Below, piece after piece: positions 1-8,900 of a stretch of 37,417 nucleotides of DNA. Position numbers and translations under genes: made by a program. Where the stretch lies: the IMG/VR virus record IMGVR_UViG_3300032253_000229, positions 1 through 37,417 of that record, one strand, 5' to 3'. The DNA is from a virus. Its lineage: Duplodnaviria > Caudoviricetes. Every line of letters starts with the position of its first letter. The stretch's first letter is position 1. The notes below the pieces were generated by a model. That model made no database searches. It was not told the DNA's origin and was given only the letters and a program-made list of their open reading frames with translations.

Positions 1-303
1 ATGAGAGTAATTAAACGTAAATCTTTTTTGGATTATTGGAAAAGACACCCAGAAACCGAACAGCCATTAGAGTCATTATATAGTTCTTTGAGAAAGGCAA
101 AATGGCACCAATCTCAGGATATTTCAAACGCTTTGAGTGCTGCAACGGTCTTAAATTCCAGACGGGTCAAATTTGATATTTGTGGTGGAAATTATCATGT
201 GATTATTGAGTTTCAATATGTGCATCAAATAGCTTGGATCAAGTTTATAGGAACTCATAAAGAGTATGATGCAATAAACGCTAAAACTATTGATATACGA
301 TAA
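1..303 (+). CDS. higB: HigB-family (RelE-fold) toxin of a type II TA system
   Basis: 100 aa with HigB-like pattern (MRVI..., FDICGGNYHVI, KFIGTHKEYDAI); lies upstream of an HTH antitoxin (toxin-first order). Confidence 0.9.
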   Translation: MRVIKRKSFLDYWKRHPETEQPLESLYSSLRKAKWHQSQDISNALSAATVLNSRRVKFDICGGNYHVIIEFQYVHQIAWIKFIGTHKEYDAINAKTIDIR

Positions 304-341
304 TTTTTATTTTTACTTACTTATTAGCGGGAGTATTCGCT

Positions 342-719
342 ATGCCTACGACTACACATTTAAAAGTGATTGATAATGAAGCCGAATATGAAACGGCTAT
401 GGCGCGGTTTGACGAAATTTGGGAAGCCGAAGAAGGAACCCCTGAATTTGATGAATTAGGCGTTCTAGGGTTGCTGATCTCAAACTATGAGGACCAACAT
501 TTTCCCGTTGAAAAACCTGACCCAATCGAAGCAATTAAGTTTTATATGGAACCGAACGGGATAGATAAATCTAAACTTGGCAAGTTGGTAAAAATCCGCT
601 CAAGAGCTTCAGAGTTTTTTAACCGGAAGCGTGATTTATCACTGCCACAAATCAGGGTGATTTCAAAAACCTGGAATATTTCGGCCGATATTTTGAACCA
701 GTCCGTTCATGTAAGATAA
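342..719 (+). CDS. higA: HigA-family HTH antitoxin
   Basis: INEAEYE-like N-terminus, PDPIEAIKFYME, C-terminal HTH (SRASEFFNRKRDLSLPQIR); GGGAG RBS upstream; adjacent to higB. Confidence 0.9.
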   Translation: MPTTTHLKVIDNEAEYETAMARFDEIWEAEEGTPEFDELGVLGLLISNYEDQHFPVEKPDPIEAIKFYMEPNGIDKSKLGKLVKIRSRASEFFNRKRDLSLPQIRVISKTWNISADILNQSVHVR

Positions 720-1133
720 AGCATTCTATATGTTTTTATCGAGAGAACTGGATGCGGCCAAAGTAAAAACACAATCAGAAAATGTTAAAAACTTGACCTC
801 CTGACTATGTCTCAAAAGGTCAGAAGATCGATTAAAAATCCAAACCGGTGCTTACTGTGTCGATTTTCCATTTTGAGATGCCCTTACAAGTTTTCCTTGT
901 CGGGAACGGTGACCCTGCAAGGGGTCAACCCCGCTTACACCGTCCCGCCTTTCATCCAAAAAGAAACATGCTTGAACGCAGGTCACAAATGACAGCTTAG
1001 GCGTCAATTAAGAGAAATGGATATACACAACACCGGAAAATATTGATTGGAAGGTATGGAAGGAAAATGGTGGGCTGTAGCTGAGAAACCTCGAACACTC
1101 ACGATAAGCTCCGAAAACGTCATCTTCGCCCAG

Positions 1134-1871
1134 TCAAAATTTCTGAAATACGTTTAAAAGTAATACTTCAAGATGGTGGGCTACGGTATTTTGTCCGATT
1201 CTTAGCGAGTTGGGGTGACCGCATCCGTTCCTGCGATCAAGACAATCCTTCAGTTCTTTTTTTACGTTCTTTCCTATAATTGATAACGCAACAATCCGAT
1301 CTAAAAAATCAGACTCATTCATCGTTCCAAGGTCATCAGTCGATTTTGCGTCTTTCCATTTGCTATATACCCGTTTTGCCTCCGTATTGAATGATGAAAG
1401 GCAATTTTTGTACACATAATCGTGGAGTACATCGACAGCAGCCAGCCAAGACATTACAACAGCGGAACGGTACAATTTTAATTCGTAGCACTTTATTGCT
1501 TCTTCCATAAAGTTACGGGTATTGCCACTCGCAATTGAGGACAGTAAAGAGCGCAAATCGGTAGCAACCTGCACGGCAGCAGAACTGATTGAAGAAATTC
1601 CCAGCTCTTGTAAATGCTGACGCCCTGTATCAGCCAACTCCCAACCGTCATGAGTTCTGATTGCAAGACCTCCTGATCGTTCAAGAATAGATGATACATT
1701 CCAGCCTTTAGGTATGCGAAAACCAGCTGAGCCAGCTTGATTGCCAATGTCTTTGATTTGGCACGGCTGCTCAAAGGTTGATAATATCAACAGTAACTTG
1801 TCTAATCGTACAAGTGGTTTATGGAGCCATGTTTTTAGATCGGTTGTTGTTAGCAAATTGTATGTATCCAA
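1134..1871 (-). CDS. Putative wHTH + HEPN-domain protein (possible RNase effector)
   Basis: C-terminal half has the HEPN-like helix EEAIKCYELKLYRSAVVMSW and an RX4H motif (RNGCGH); N-terminal half looks like a winged helix ending GWELADTGRQHL. Start codon (TTG) uncertain. Confidence 0.65.
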   Translation of the reverse strand: MDTYNLLTTTDLKTWLHKPLVRLDKLLLILSTFEQPCQIKDIGNQAGSAGFRIPKGWNVSSILERSGGLAIRTHDGWELADTGRQHLQELGISSISSAAVQVATDLRSLLSSIASGNTRNFMEEAIKCYELKLYRSAVVMSWLAAVDVLHDYVYKNCLSSFNTEAKRVYSKWKDAKSTDDLGTMNESDFLDRIVALSIIGKNVKKELKDCLDRRNGCGHPNSLRIGQNTVAHHLEVLLLNVFQKF

Positions 1872-1881
1872 TTCTTAGTTT

Positions 1882-2592
1882 TCATTTTTTTGTTTTGTAC
1901 ACCCATAGCAATTTTCCATTCACTGTTTCTTTTGATCGCACCAGCTTGGCATTACGAACGCCGCCTAATAAATAACTCGGCATACTGGTTTTGGATACTA
2001 TTATCGCTTCATCGTGGAATCTCTTTTGAACATCTGCGAGAACTTTGCCGTCATCAAAAAACCCCTCCTCGACCCATTGCTCAAATCGCTCTTTGACACC
2101 AGTATTTCCTTTTCCAGTCGTGCGTTTTTGGGAAGAATTATTCTCCTGAACTTCCTTTGTTTTAGTTTTTGTTCGTTTCTTATTTGGTTTTTTAGTAGAA
2201 TTTGTTTTGCTTCCATCTGGAGACTGCATTTCCTCCTTGATTGAAGCTAAACTCGACGCACGAACGTGATAATGCCCCGACTTAACATTCAACAAGTGCC
2301 TGTCTTTCAAGTCTTTCAGTAGGGGGCGTAGCGAACCACCTGGAATTCCCAATTCGTTCTCCAGATCGGCTGGTTTTGTGCTGGTTGCAATTTGACCATC
2401 AACCACGAATTCCCATCCCTGCTGAGCTACAAGATAGACTAGTACCTTCGCCTTGTTAGACAGCGAGGCAAAAGACGGCAGGAATGCAATTTCTTGTTCA
2501 TCAATATCATAGCGTATGTAATCGGAAACAATTGTTTCAATCGCTTCCTCAGTCAAAGCTGATTTCTGAGCCACTAGGTCTTTTAAAGCCAT
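1882..2592 (-). CDS. Hypothetical protein with winged-helix-like domains and Lys-rich linker
   Basis: Start reassigned to ATG at 2592 (MALKDLV, GGAG RBS upstream) rather than 2961; KPADLENELGIPGGSLRPLLKDLKDRHLL resembles a wHTH; ends 10 nt before the HEPN gene. Confidence 0.6.
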   Translation of the reverse strand: MALKDLVAQKSALTEEAIETIVSDYIRYDIDEQEIAFLPSFASLSNKAKVLVYLVAQQGWEFVVDGQIATSTKPADLENELGIPGGSLRPLLKDLKDRHLLNVKSGHYHVRASSLASIKEEMQSPDGSKTNSTKKPNKKRTKTKTKEVQENNSSQKRTTGKGNTGVKERFEQWVEEGFFDDGKVLADVQKRFHDEAIIVSKTSMPSYLLGGVRNAKLVRSKETVNGKLLWVYKTKK

Positions 2593-2620
2593 CCTCAATC
2601 TCCATGATTCGTTTAACTGT

Positions 2621-2644
2621 ATATACACATATACACATATACAC
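2621..2644. repeat. Tandem repeat (ATATACAC)x3, possible operator
   Basis: Three exact 8-bp copies about 30-50 bp upstream of the 2592 start. Confidence 0.75.
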
Positions 2645-3046
2645 GAATTTTCAAGGACAATTATCCCATCCACCAGATTTAGGTTCACGGAAGGGTTGAA
2701 ACATATCAGGTTAACAGAAGTCTGGAGCAATAGTTTTATAAATGCTGCCAGAGGGATGCAACGGGAGAGCGTAGCGTCTCCCTTGCCAAGATCGGTGTTG
2801 TAATACAACACACATCTTGCGGAACGCGATAACTGGTGAATTTCCCGTCCATTGTCTGACTCGGTGATCTCGATGAACCACAAGCAAATCAATTGACAGT
2901 CATTTTGTGTCAGGGGCTGAGTAGCCATCCTTTCGGAACCGCTGTCGCTCGCCTTGCCCACAACTGGGTGAGCGGCTGGGGTGGAGGAAGGATGGCGGGC
3001 TTTCCTTTTGGTGGGCTTGAGCCGTTAAATCGGGCAATTCAAGATG

Positions 3047-3125
3047 TGTAGCGCGACAAATGGTTTTACAGGTAACGACACATGATTTTACTAATTTGAG
3101 TGCTAAATTATAGCGTCATTACCTG
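3047..3125. repeat. Prophage right end (attR) with transposase-binding sites R1, R2 (direct) and R3 (inverted)
   Basis: TG terminus at 3047 (alternatively 3045); CGACAAATGGTTTTAC (3054-3069) and CGACACATGATTTTAC (3076-3091) at 22-bp period; CAGGTAACGAC (3069-3079) recurs inverted as GTCATTACCTG (3115-3125). Same layout as Mu attR, right after the mom-position gene. Confidence 0.75.
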
Positions 3126-3148
3126 CTTTTTAATGGGGCATTAAACGG

Positions 3149-3943
3149 TCAGTTAGAGATAATAATCTCACCAACGGATTTACCGGTTTCTTTGCCAATT
3201 GAATAGTTCGTTTTAACGGCCTCGATATCGAACGCATCAAATATATCGCGGACCTCTGGCCGATCATTCAGAGACAGAATAAATCGCCCTTTAATATTCC
3301 CAAGAATGTCCGCCAGAAGATCAAAGTCAGATCGATCGAAGCAGTCCTTACCATAGTCATTCTCGTTACCATAATACGGTGGGTCCAGATAGAACAGGGT
3401 CTCCGGTTTATCATATCGCGGGATGAACTTTTCAAAGGACAGGCACTCGATCACCACACCAGATAACCGACTATGCACATCATCCAACAATGGCCCCAGC
3501 TTGTTGATATCAAACCGGGCGGGACGATCTGCAGACACACCGAAATTCTTTCCTGATACCTTCCCGCCAAACGCTGTGCGCTGTAGATAAAGGAATCTCG
3601 CAGCCCTTTCCAGGTCGGTCAGAGTGTCAGGATTCGTATCAACCAAACGCTCAAACTCTTTTCTGGAGGTTAATTGGTGCTTCATCATGGTCATGAAGAA
3701 AGAATAATGACGTTGTAAAATGCGAAATAATCCGGCGACATCATTGCTGTAATCGTTAATGATCTCGGCCTTCGGAATTCTGTTTCTCCGTAGGAAAACC
3801 CCGCCCATACCTACAAACGGCTCGGCATATATGCTATGTGGCACGTCATTGATGCGCGAGATAATGATCTTTGCCAAGTTCTTTTTACCGCCGATATAGG
3901 GCGCAACAGGGCGGGTTGGATTAATTAATATTGTAGACTCCAC
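3149..3943 (-). CDS. DNA adenine methyltransferase (D12/Dam class), mom-equivalent position
   Basis: PYIGGK, YAEPFVGMGGVF (SAM binding), INDY, FYLDPPYY (catalytic), FILSLND. Start probably GTG at 3943; open frame extends to 4033 through a hairpin-rich region. Confidence 0.9.
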   Translation of the reverse strand: MESTILINPTRPVAPYIGGKKNLAKIIISRINDVPHSIYAEPFVGMGGVFLRRNRIPKAEIINDYSNDVAGLFRILQRHYSFFMTMMKHQLTSRKEFERLVDTNPDTLTDLERAARFLYLQRTAFGGKVSGKNFGVSADRPARFDINKLGPLLDDVHSRLSGVVIECLSFEKFIPRYDKPETLFYLDPPYYGNENDYGKDCFDRSDFDLLADILGNIKGRFILSLNDRPEVRDIFDAFDIEAVKTNYSIGKETGKSVGEIIISN

Positions 3944-3965
3944 TTGAACTCTCTTTTTATATTGA

Positions 3966-4066
3966 CCCCGCTGTGTACATGGCTGCGGGGCGGCTTCTGT
4001 CGTGGGTTGTTTGTGCAACCCGGTTTCGGTCATTGCTGTGACCGAACCCCCGCATAAAACGGCGGG
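3966..4066 (-). promoter_or_regulatory. Structured leader (four adjacent hairpins) upstream of the methylase
   Basis: Stems CCCCGC/GCGGGG (3966-3990), GGGTTG/CAACCC (4004-4021), TTCGGTCA/TGACCGAA (4025-4046), CCCGC/GCGGG (about 4049-4066). Confidence 0.5.
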
Positions 4067-4072
4067 TATTAT

Positions 4073-4498
4073 CTACTGCGCAGGCCAGCCAGTATCAATA
4101 TCAATGGCATCAAGTGCCGCTTGATCGACGGCGGCCACCACAGCAACTTTCAAGTCATGGGTATGATTGCGTAACTTCTGTGCATATCGCCCGGCCCCTT
4201 TAAAAAACGCGGCAAGCTCGGCATCCGTCATTGGCACATCGTTATTGTCAACATCCCACCATTTGCCGCCGCTGGGATTAACCTCCCCGGCTTGAAGCCC
4301 GATCATCATTCGGGCAAATGTGTCAAGAGATCGGTCATCAATCTGGAAGACGTGCCCCATATAAGAAAACCCGGCATCAACAGCTTTTTCTCGGGCCTTC
4401 AATATCCGTTTTTTTGCCCAGTTTTTTTCTTCACTAAACGTTGCAGTTTCGGTTTTCACTTCACCAAAAATCGTCATAACTTTAATCCTCAATTCCAC
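4073..4498 (-). CDS. Tail-fibre-associated protein (DUF4376-like)
   Basis: GHVFQID, WWDVDNNDVPMT and C-terminal LDAIDIDTGWP are typical of this family; follows and overlaps the tail fibre gene. Confidence 0.7.
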   Translation of the reverse strand: MELRIKVMTIFGEVKTETATFSEEKNWAKKRILKAREKAVDAGFSYMGHVFQIDDRSLDTFARMMIGLQAGEVNPSGGKWWDVDNNDVPMTDAELAAFFKGAGRYAQKLRNHTHDLKVAVVAAVDQAALDAIDIDTGWPAQ

Positions 4499-5964
4499 AT
4501 AATGCCAATGTCATGAAGTTCGATATCGACATTGTTAAGTGTTACTGTTTTTGCTTTGATCTGTGTGCCAGCATTCCCGCTCAAATCAACACTGGCCCGC
4601 CAAAGAGCCAATCCACCGATATCATCAAGCTTCACAAGGTTGGTGCCTGACGTATAAGAAACGCCGTTATCTGTAGAGAGTTTTAGCTGGATATCAGCCG
4701 AACTACCCCGATCAAAAAGTGCATAAATATCTGCTGAAGTCGGTGCTGATAGCGCTGTATGTAATGAGCTTTCAGCATCCAGATTACCAAGAACCGCATT
4801 GGCCCCAATCAGTTCCATTTCGAGCAGTGAAACGCGGGTCGCGCCTTCCGTTGCCGTCACGTACATCCGATAATATTGGTAGCTCTCTTTTATCAGATAT
4901 TCATACCATGTGGCCGCAGCCCAGCCTGCGGCAGTGACAGTTACAATATCGGACCAGGAGGCGTTATCATTTGACCCTTGTAATTTAAAGTTTGTGGGAT
5001 TGTAGGTCGTGGTCGAGTAGCTTTTGATCCGCCATTTATAAACCGCTGTGACCGCCCCAAAATCAACAGAGACCCATTGGGGCAGGCTATTATCGCCAGA
5101 CGATATCCATGTCCCGCCTGTATCATTAAACAGCGACCAAGCTGGATATGAAGCACTATAAACTGAGCTTTCAGCAACCGTAACCGCTCCATTTGTCGCC
5201 GCCGCCATCGTCGGCACAGCATCAACCGCCGTCGACGTGTAATATTTACTTTGAACCGTTCCTGTGCTCGCCGAAAAATTACCAGCTGCCAAGGTCAGAT
5301 TTACCGCTTTTTCAATAAAGCCATTTACCAGATTTGTATCATTTGCCGAGGTAGAAAAAACATCCTGCATGATCAAGTTCATGATGTTTGCCCGGGCCAG
5401 CGGATCGGTCGCATTACTAAGATCGGGAAGAGGGGCATGGGTATTGATTGCGTTTTTCAAGGTCACAGAGTCGATCGATCTTGGCAGGGTTGAGACGGCC
5501 GCCGTCGCCTCGGTATTATCCATGGATTTAAGAGCCGTTAAAGGCCCTCTTAAATCATCAATATCCTGATTGGAAATCGCAGCTTGCGCAACCGACAAAC
5601 GAAGGCGCGCCAAAGCAATGTTTTCTGCTGGAACAGCCGGGTCTTGCGGCGTTGCGTTTTCGGCTCCAGCCGTAACCGTCAGAGCGCCGTCCACTGTTGA
5701 AATCGAGATAATATCAAATCTGGGATTGGCCACCGGTGCGCTAACGGTGGCAGATACTTGAGCGCCAACGGCGATTGGGACGCTTCCCCGTGCGGGCAGA
5801 AAGCCACTCGCCACACTTACGGTCATATCCGCCGGGCTGTTTTCTGTAACAGCAAAACGGGCGGCAACGGCACCCGTTACCGCAATCGAATTATCAATAT
5901 TGGTTTTATAACTGGTCGCATCTTGCGCCGTAAAATCGGGTTGGATAAAAGTGCCGACTGCCAT
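4489..5964 (-). CDS. Tail fibre / receptor-binding protein with discoidin (F5/8 type C)-like domain
   Basis: Follows gpJ; central segment YPAWSLFND...WIS...PQWVSVDFG...PTNFKLQGSNDNASW...YQYYRMYVT is a discoidin/CBM32 signature. Confidence 0.75.
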   Translation of the reverse strand: MAVGTFIQPDFTAQDATSYKTNIDNSIAVTGAVAARFAVTENSPADMTVSVASGFLPARGSVPIAVGAQVSATVSAPVANPRFDIISISTVDGALTVTAGAENATPQDPAVPAENIALARLRLSVAQAAISNQDIDDLRGPLTALKSMDNTEATAAVSTLPRSIDSVTLKNAINTHAPLPDLSNATDPLARANIMNLIMQDVFSTSANDTNLVNGFIEKAVNLTLAAGNFSASTGTVQSKYYTSTAVDAVPTMAAATNGAVTVAESSVYSASYPAWSLFNDTGGTWISSGDNSLPQWVSVDFGAVTAVYKWRIKSYSTTTYNPTNFKLQGSNDNASWSDIVTVTAAGWAAATWYEYLIKESYQYYRMYVTATEGATRVSLLEMELIGANAVLGNLDAESSLHTALSAPTSADIYALFDRGSSADIQLKLSTDNGVSYTSGTNLVKLDDIGGLALWRASVDLSGNAGTQIKAKTVTLNNVDIELHDIGIMWN

Positions 5965-5966
5965 AA

Positions 5967-8900
5967 TTATACTCCTGTTGCCCGGTAATTGAGAGTGCCG
6001 CCAACGCTGTTCCCGGCGGCATCATATATGTTGGCTGTAAAGCCTGTTTTGGTAATATTTTCCCATGTCGCGATGCGCACGGCCCCTGCAACCGATGCGG
6101 CGGAGACTTCGATAAAAGGCACGTTGTGAAAGGCGGTATCAAACAAGACGGCCGTGCCACCTGCCGCGATGGTCACCGTGGCTGATTTTGATCGCTCAAG
6201 CATATCAACAATGGACGTAAAAGCTGTCAGGCAAGCGCTGCCGCCCGTATTGTCCTGTTGGTGCATGATCTTGAAATACCGCCCTTTAACTTCACGAACG
6301 GTCCAGTCTTCAAAGCCGTCATAAGCGTCAGCTACCCGGCGGTAATCAACTTGCAGGCTGTTTGAAAGAACGCCTGTTTCAGAAACACCGAGTTGATTGC
6401 TAACGGTTCCCCAAACGCGCACGTTATCGTCAAATTCAATATCGATCTCGTTCTCTTGATAAGTGGAAAGCGCCACCGGAGAGGGGACATAACTTGCGAA
6501 TGGATCAACGGTATTGGCAATCGCAGTGGAGGCCGGATTCAAAACGCCTGTCAGCGGGTTACGAATAAAACCGCCGCTGGCCGGATTGGCAAGCCCCGGC
6601 CAGACAGGCCCGCCAGAGACTTCAACAATCATGTCAAACTCACTGATTACATTCAAGCGGGCGACCGTGGCCGTAGCCGAGATATTGCCGGTGCTATCAA
6701 CCGCCCTGATGAAAAAATCCCAGTTACCCGGCAAAACCGTCGCTGTCGTGATAACGGTGCCGACGCTGGCCGTGGTCAGGCTGGTTGCATCCGCCACCAC
6801 TGACCCTACAGGGCCATAAGCCAGAATATGCTGGTCGACATCGCGCTCTGGATGCAGAGGCCAGCGCAAGGTCACGTTGGGGCCATTCTGTTGCACCGTC
6901 AGCCATGCCACGTCGGCAGGCGGCGCTTCTTTGCCGAGCACCGTATGCAACACGACCGCAGACCAGCCCATGACTTGTGCGTTGTCCAGAATGTAGCGGC
7001 TTTTGATCTCATAGATTTTGCCACTTTCAACGCCAGAAATGGCGATCTCCAGTTGCGTTGCGGGAACCGCAGGCAGAATCTCCCAGCTGTCATCACCGCC
7101 GCCTTGTTGCCTGTAAGCCATCTGAAGGCTTGCCACATCATCACGGGCACGACCCGGCTCCTGAAATGCCACCACCATACGGTTGATCCAGCCACCACCA
7201 ACAGCCTCAATCAGGACCGATCCATCTGAACGGATCGACTGGATGGCAGGGGCTGCAAGGCCGGCTGGAAGGGAGATATTGCTGGTAAAGGCAGGGATGG
7301 GTCCTTGATCTGCCTGATAGACCGCCGGGGCCGCTGGAATAACGGTCAGTTTTGCGGTCAGGTCTTGACCGGGCTCGATCTTGTGAACCAGCACGTCCAT
7401 GCTCTCGGCACCCTTCTCGCCGAAGCCATAAATGTCATCAACCGCAATCCCGATCGTATCGGCCACCGGTGTCTTCAATGACAGGGTTGTCTGATCGCCC
7501 GCATTAGTAATAACCTCATAAATCTGGGTACCCGCCAGCACCGTTCTGATGGCCAGTGCGTAGACCTTTCCGATCTCCATCGTTGCCTCATCGTCCAGCT
7601 CCAGATCGGTAATATTATTGCTTACATCCTTGATGATCGAGCGAATACGGCCAGACCCTAATCCTGCAAATATGACATCGTGGTTGAGGCCTATCAAATC
7701 ACCGCGCGTACAGACAATATTTTCAATATCCGCATAGAAAGTGAAGGTTTCAGGGCGCAGCTGGGCGGTGGCATAATGATAGCGCCCGAATTTCCAGATC
7801 AGATCGGGATGGGTAATTCCGGGCAGCTCCAAAGTCTCGAAATTACTGGCATTGGCCGATGAATAGCCATCGGCATAAACGATCATTTCGTCCTGGGCAT
7901 AGCCTTGCAATTCATTAACAAACCGAATGCGCCAGCCGTGGGGGAAATCCAGAAAGGTGCGCTCCCCTGAAAACCCCCAAGAATTCCTTGGTGTGAAATG
8001 CTGGATAGGCACGGTTTGAGGCTGATCGATGACCACTGAAAATTGACCGGCCTCCATGGTTTTGGAGGCGCGACCCGTTGATGCAATCTGATCGAGCGTT
8101 TGACCAACGGTACTGCTAAAATCAACAACACCATTGAACGCATATCCGTTCGCATCACAAAATTCGTGCCACGCCTCAATTTTTGACAAGGCAATCCGGT
8201 TGGTTCCAACCGCCCGTTTATTCGCAGAGCCTGTCATGACCGCTCGAAAGAGGCTGGCTGGGTTGCCGGTAGCACGGGTGATCCATGTTGAGGTGGCCGC
8301 ATCCCAGTCGGGCAGGATCGACGTGCAAACAGCATTTAACTGGCTGACAACACCATTGAGCTGATCTGTCGCTCGAATAACAAGGGCGGTTTTAGCCACA
8401 CCCGGTAGATTGAACGGGTCCTGATACGTGATCGAGCGCAGGGCGCTCCAGGTGCAGCGATCAAAGATACGGGTGCTTTGTGTATTATCTGGCGTTGCCC
8501 GCCGCCCGCGCACTTCATATTGGCCGTTTGCCACGACCCACCGGAAATCACGACGCACTTGCGATGTTGTGTTTTCTGTGAAGGTCTTGGTAATCGAATT
8601 TGTCCAGGGGATGGTGCCGACCGCTCTGATTTCAAAAGTGATATCAACAGAGGTATCGACCTTGGCATTCGTGCTGGTAAATTGAACCAGCCCGGACAGG
8701 AATGCCACATCAATTGTAATCTCGTCCGTGTTGATCTGTGTGGTTCGAACCTGCCAGCCATCCACCTCGTTGAGTAAAATCGATAACCCTTCTTCATTGA
8801 CATCATTACTATATAAAGTCAGCGGGGTATCAGTGTCGTATCCATAGCGATGTTCAACTTCCACTTCGGCGAAATTGGCAAGCGGGGTCTCTCCGATTTT

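Noticed and set aside
807-992. 61-aa plus-strand ORF
   Set aside because: No RBS or motif; overlaps a likely RNA hairpin.
1067-1097. Minus-strand GTTCGA...CCCACCA resembling a tRNA 3' end / att site
   Set aside because: Spacing is too long for a T-arm plus acceptor stem and no cloverleaf forms; no integrase in the window.
2593-2961. N-terminal 123-aa extension of the 1882-2961 ORF
   Set aside because: Runs through the tandem repeat (CICVYVYI); a better ATG with RBS lies at 2592.
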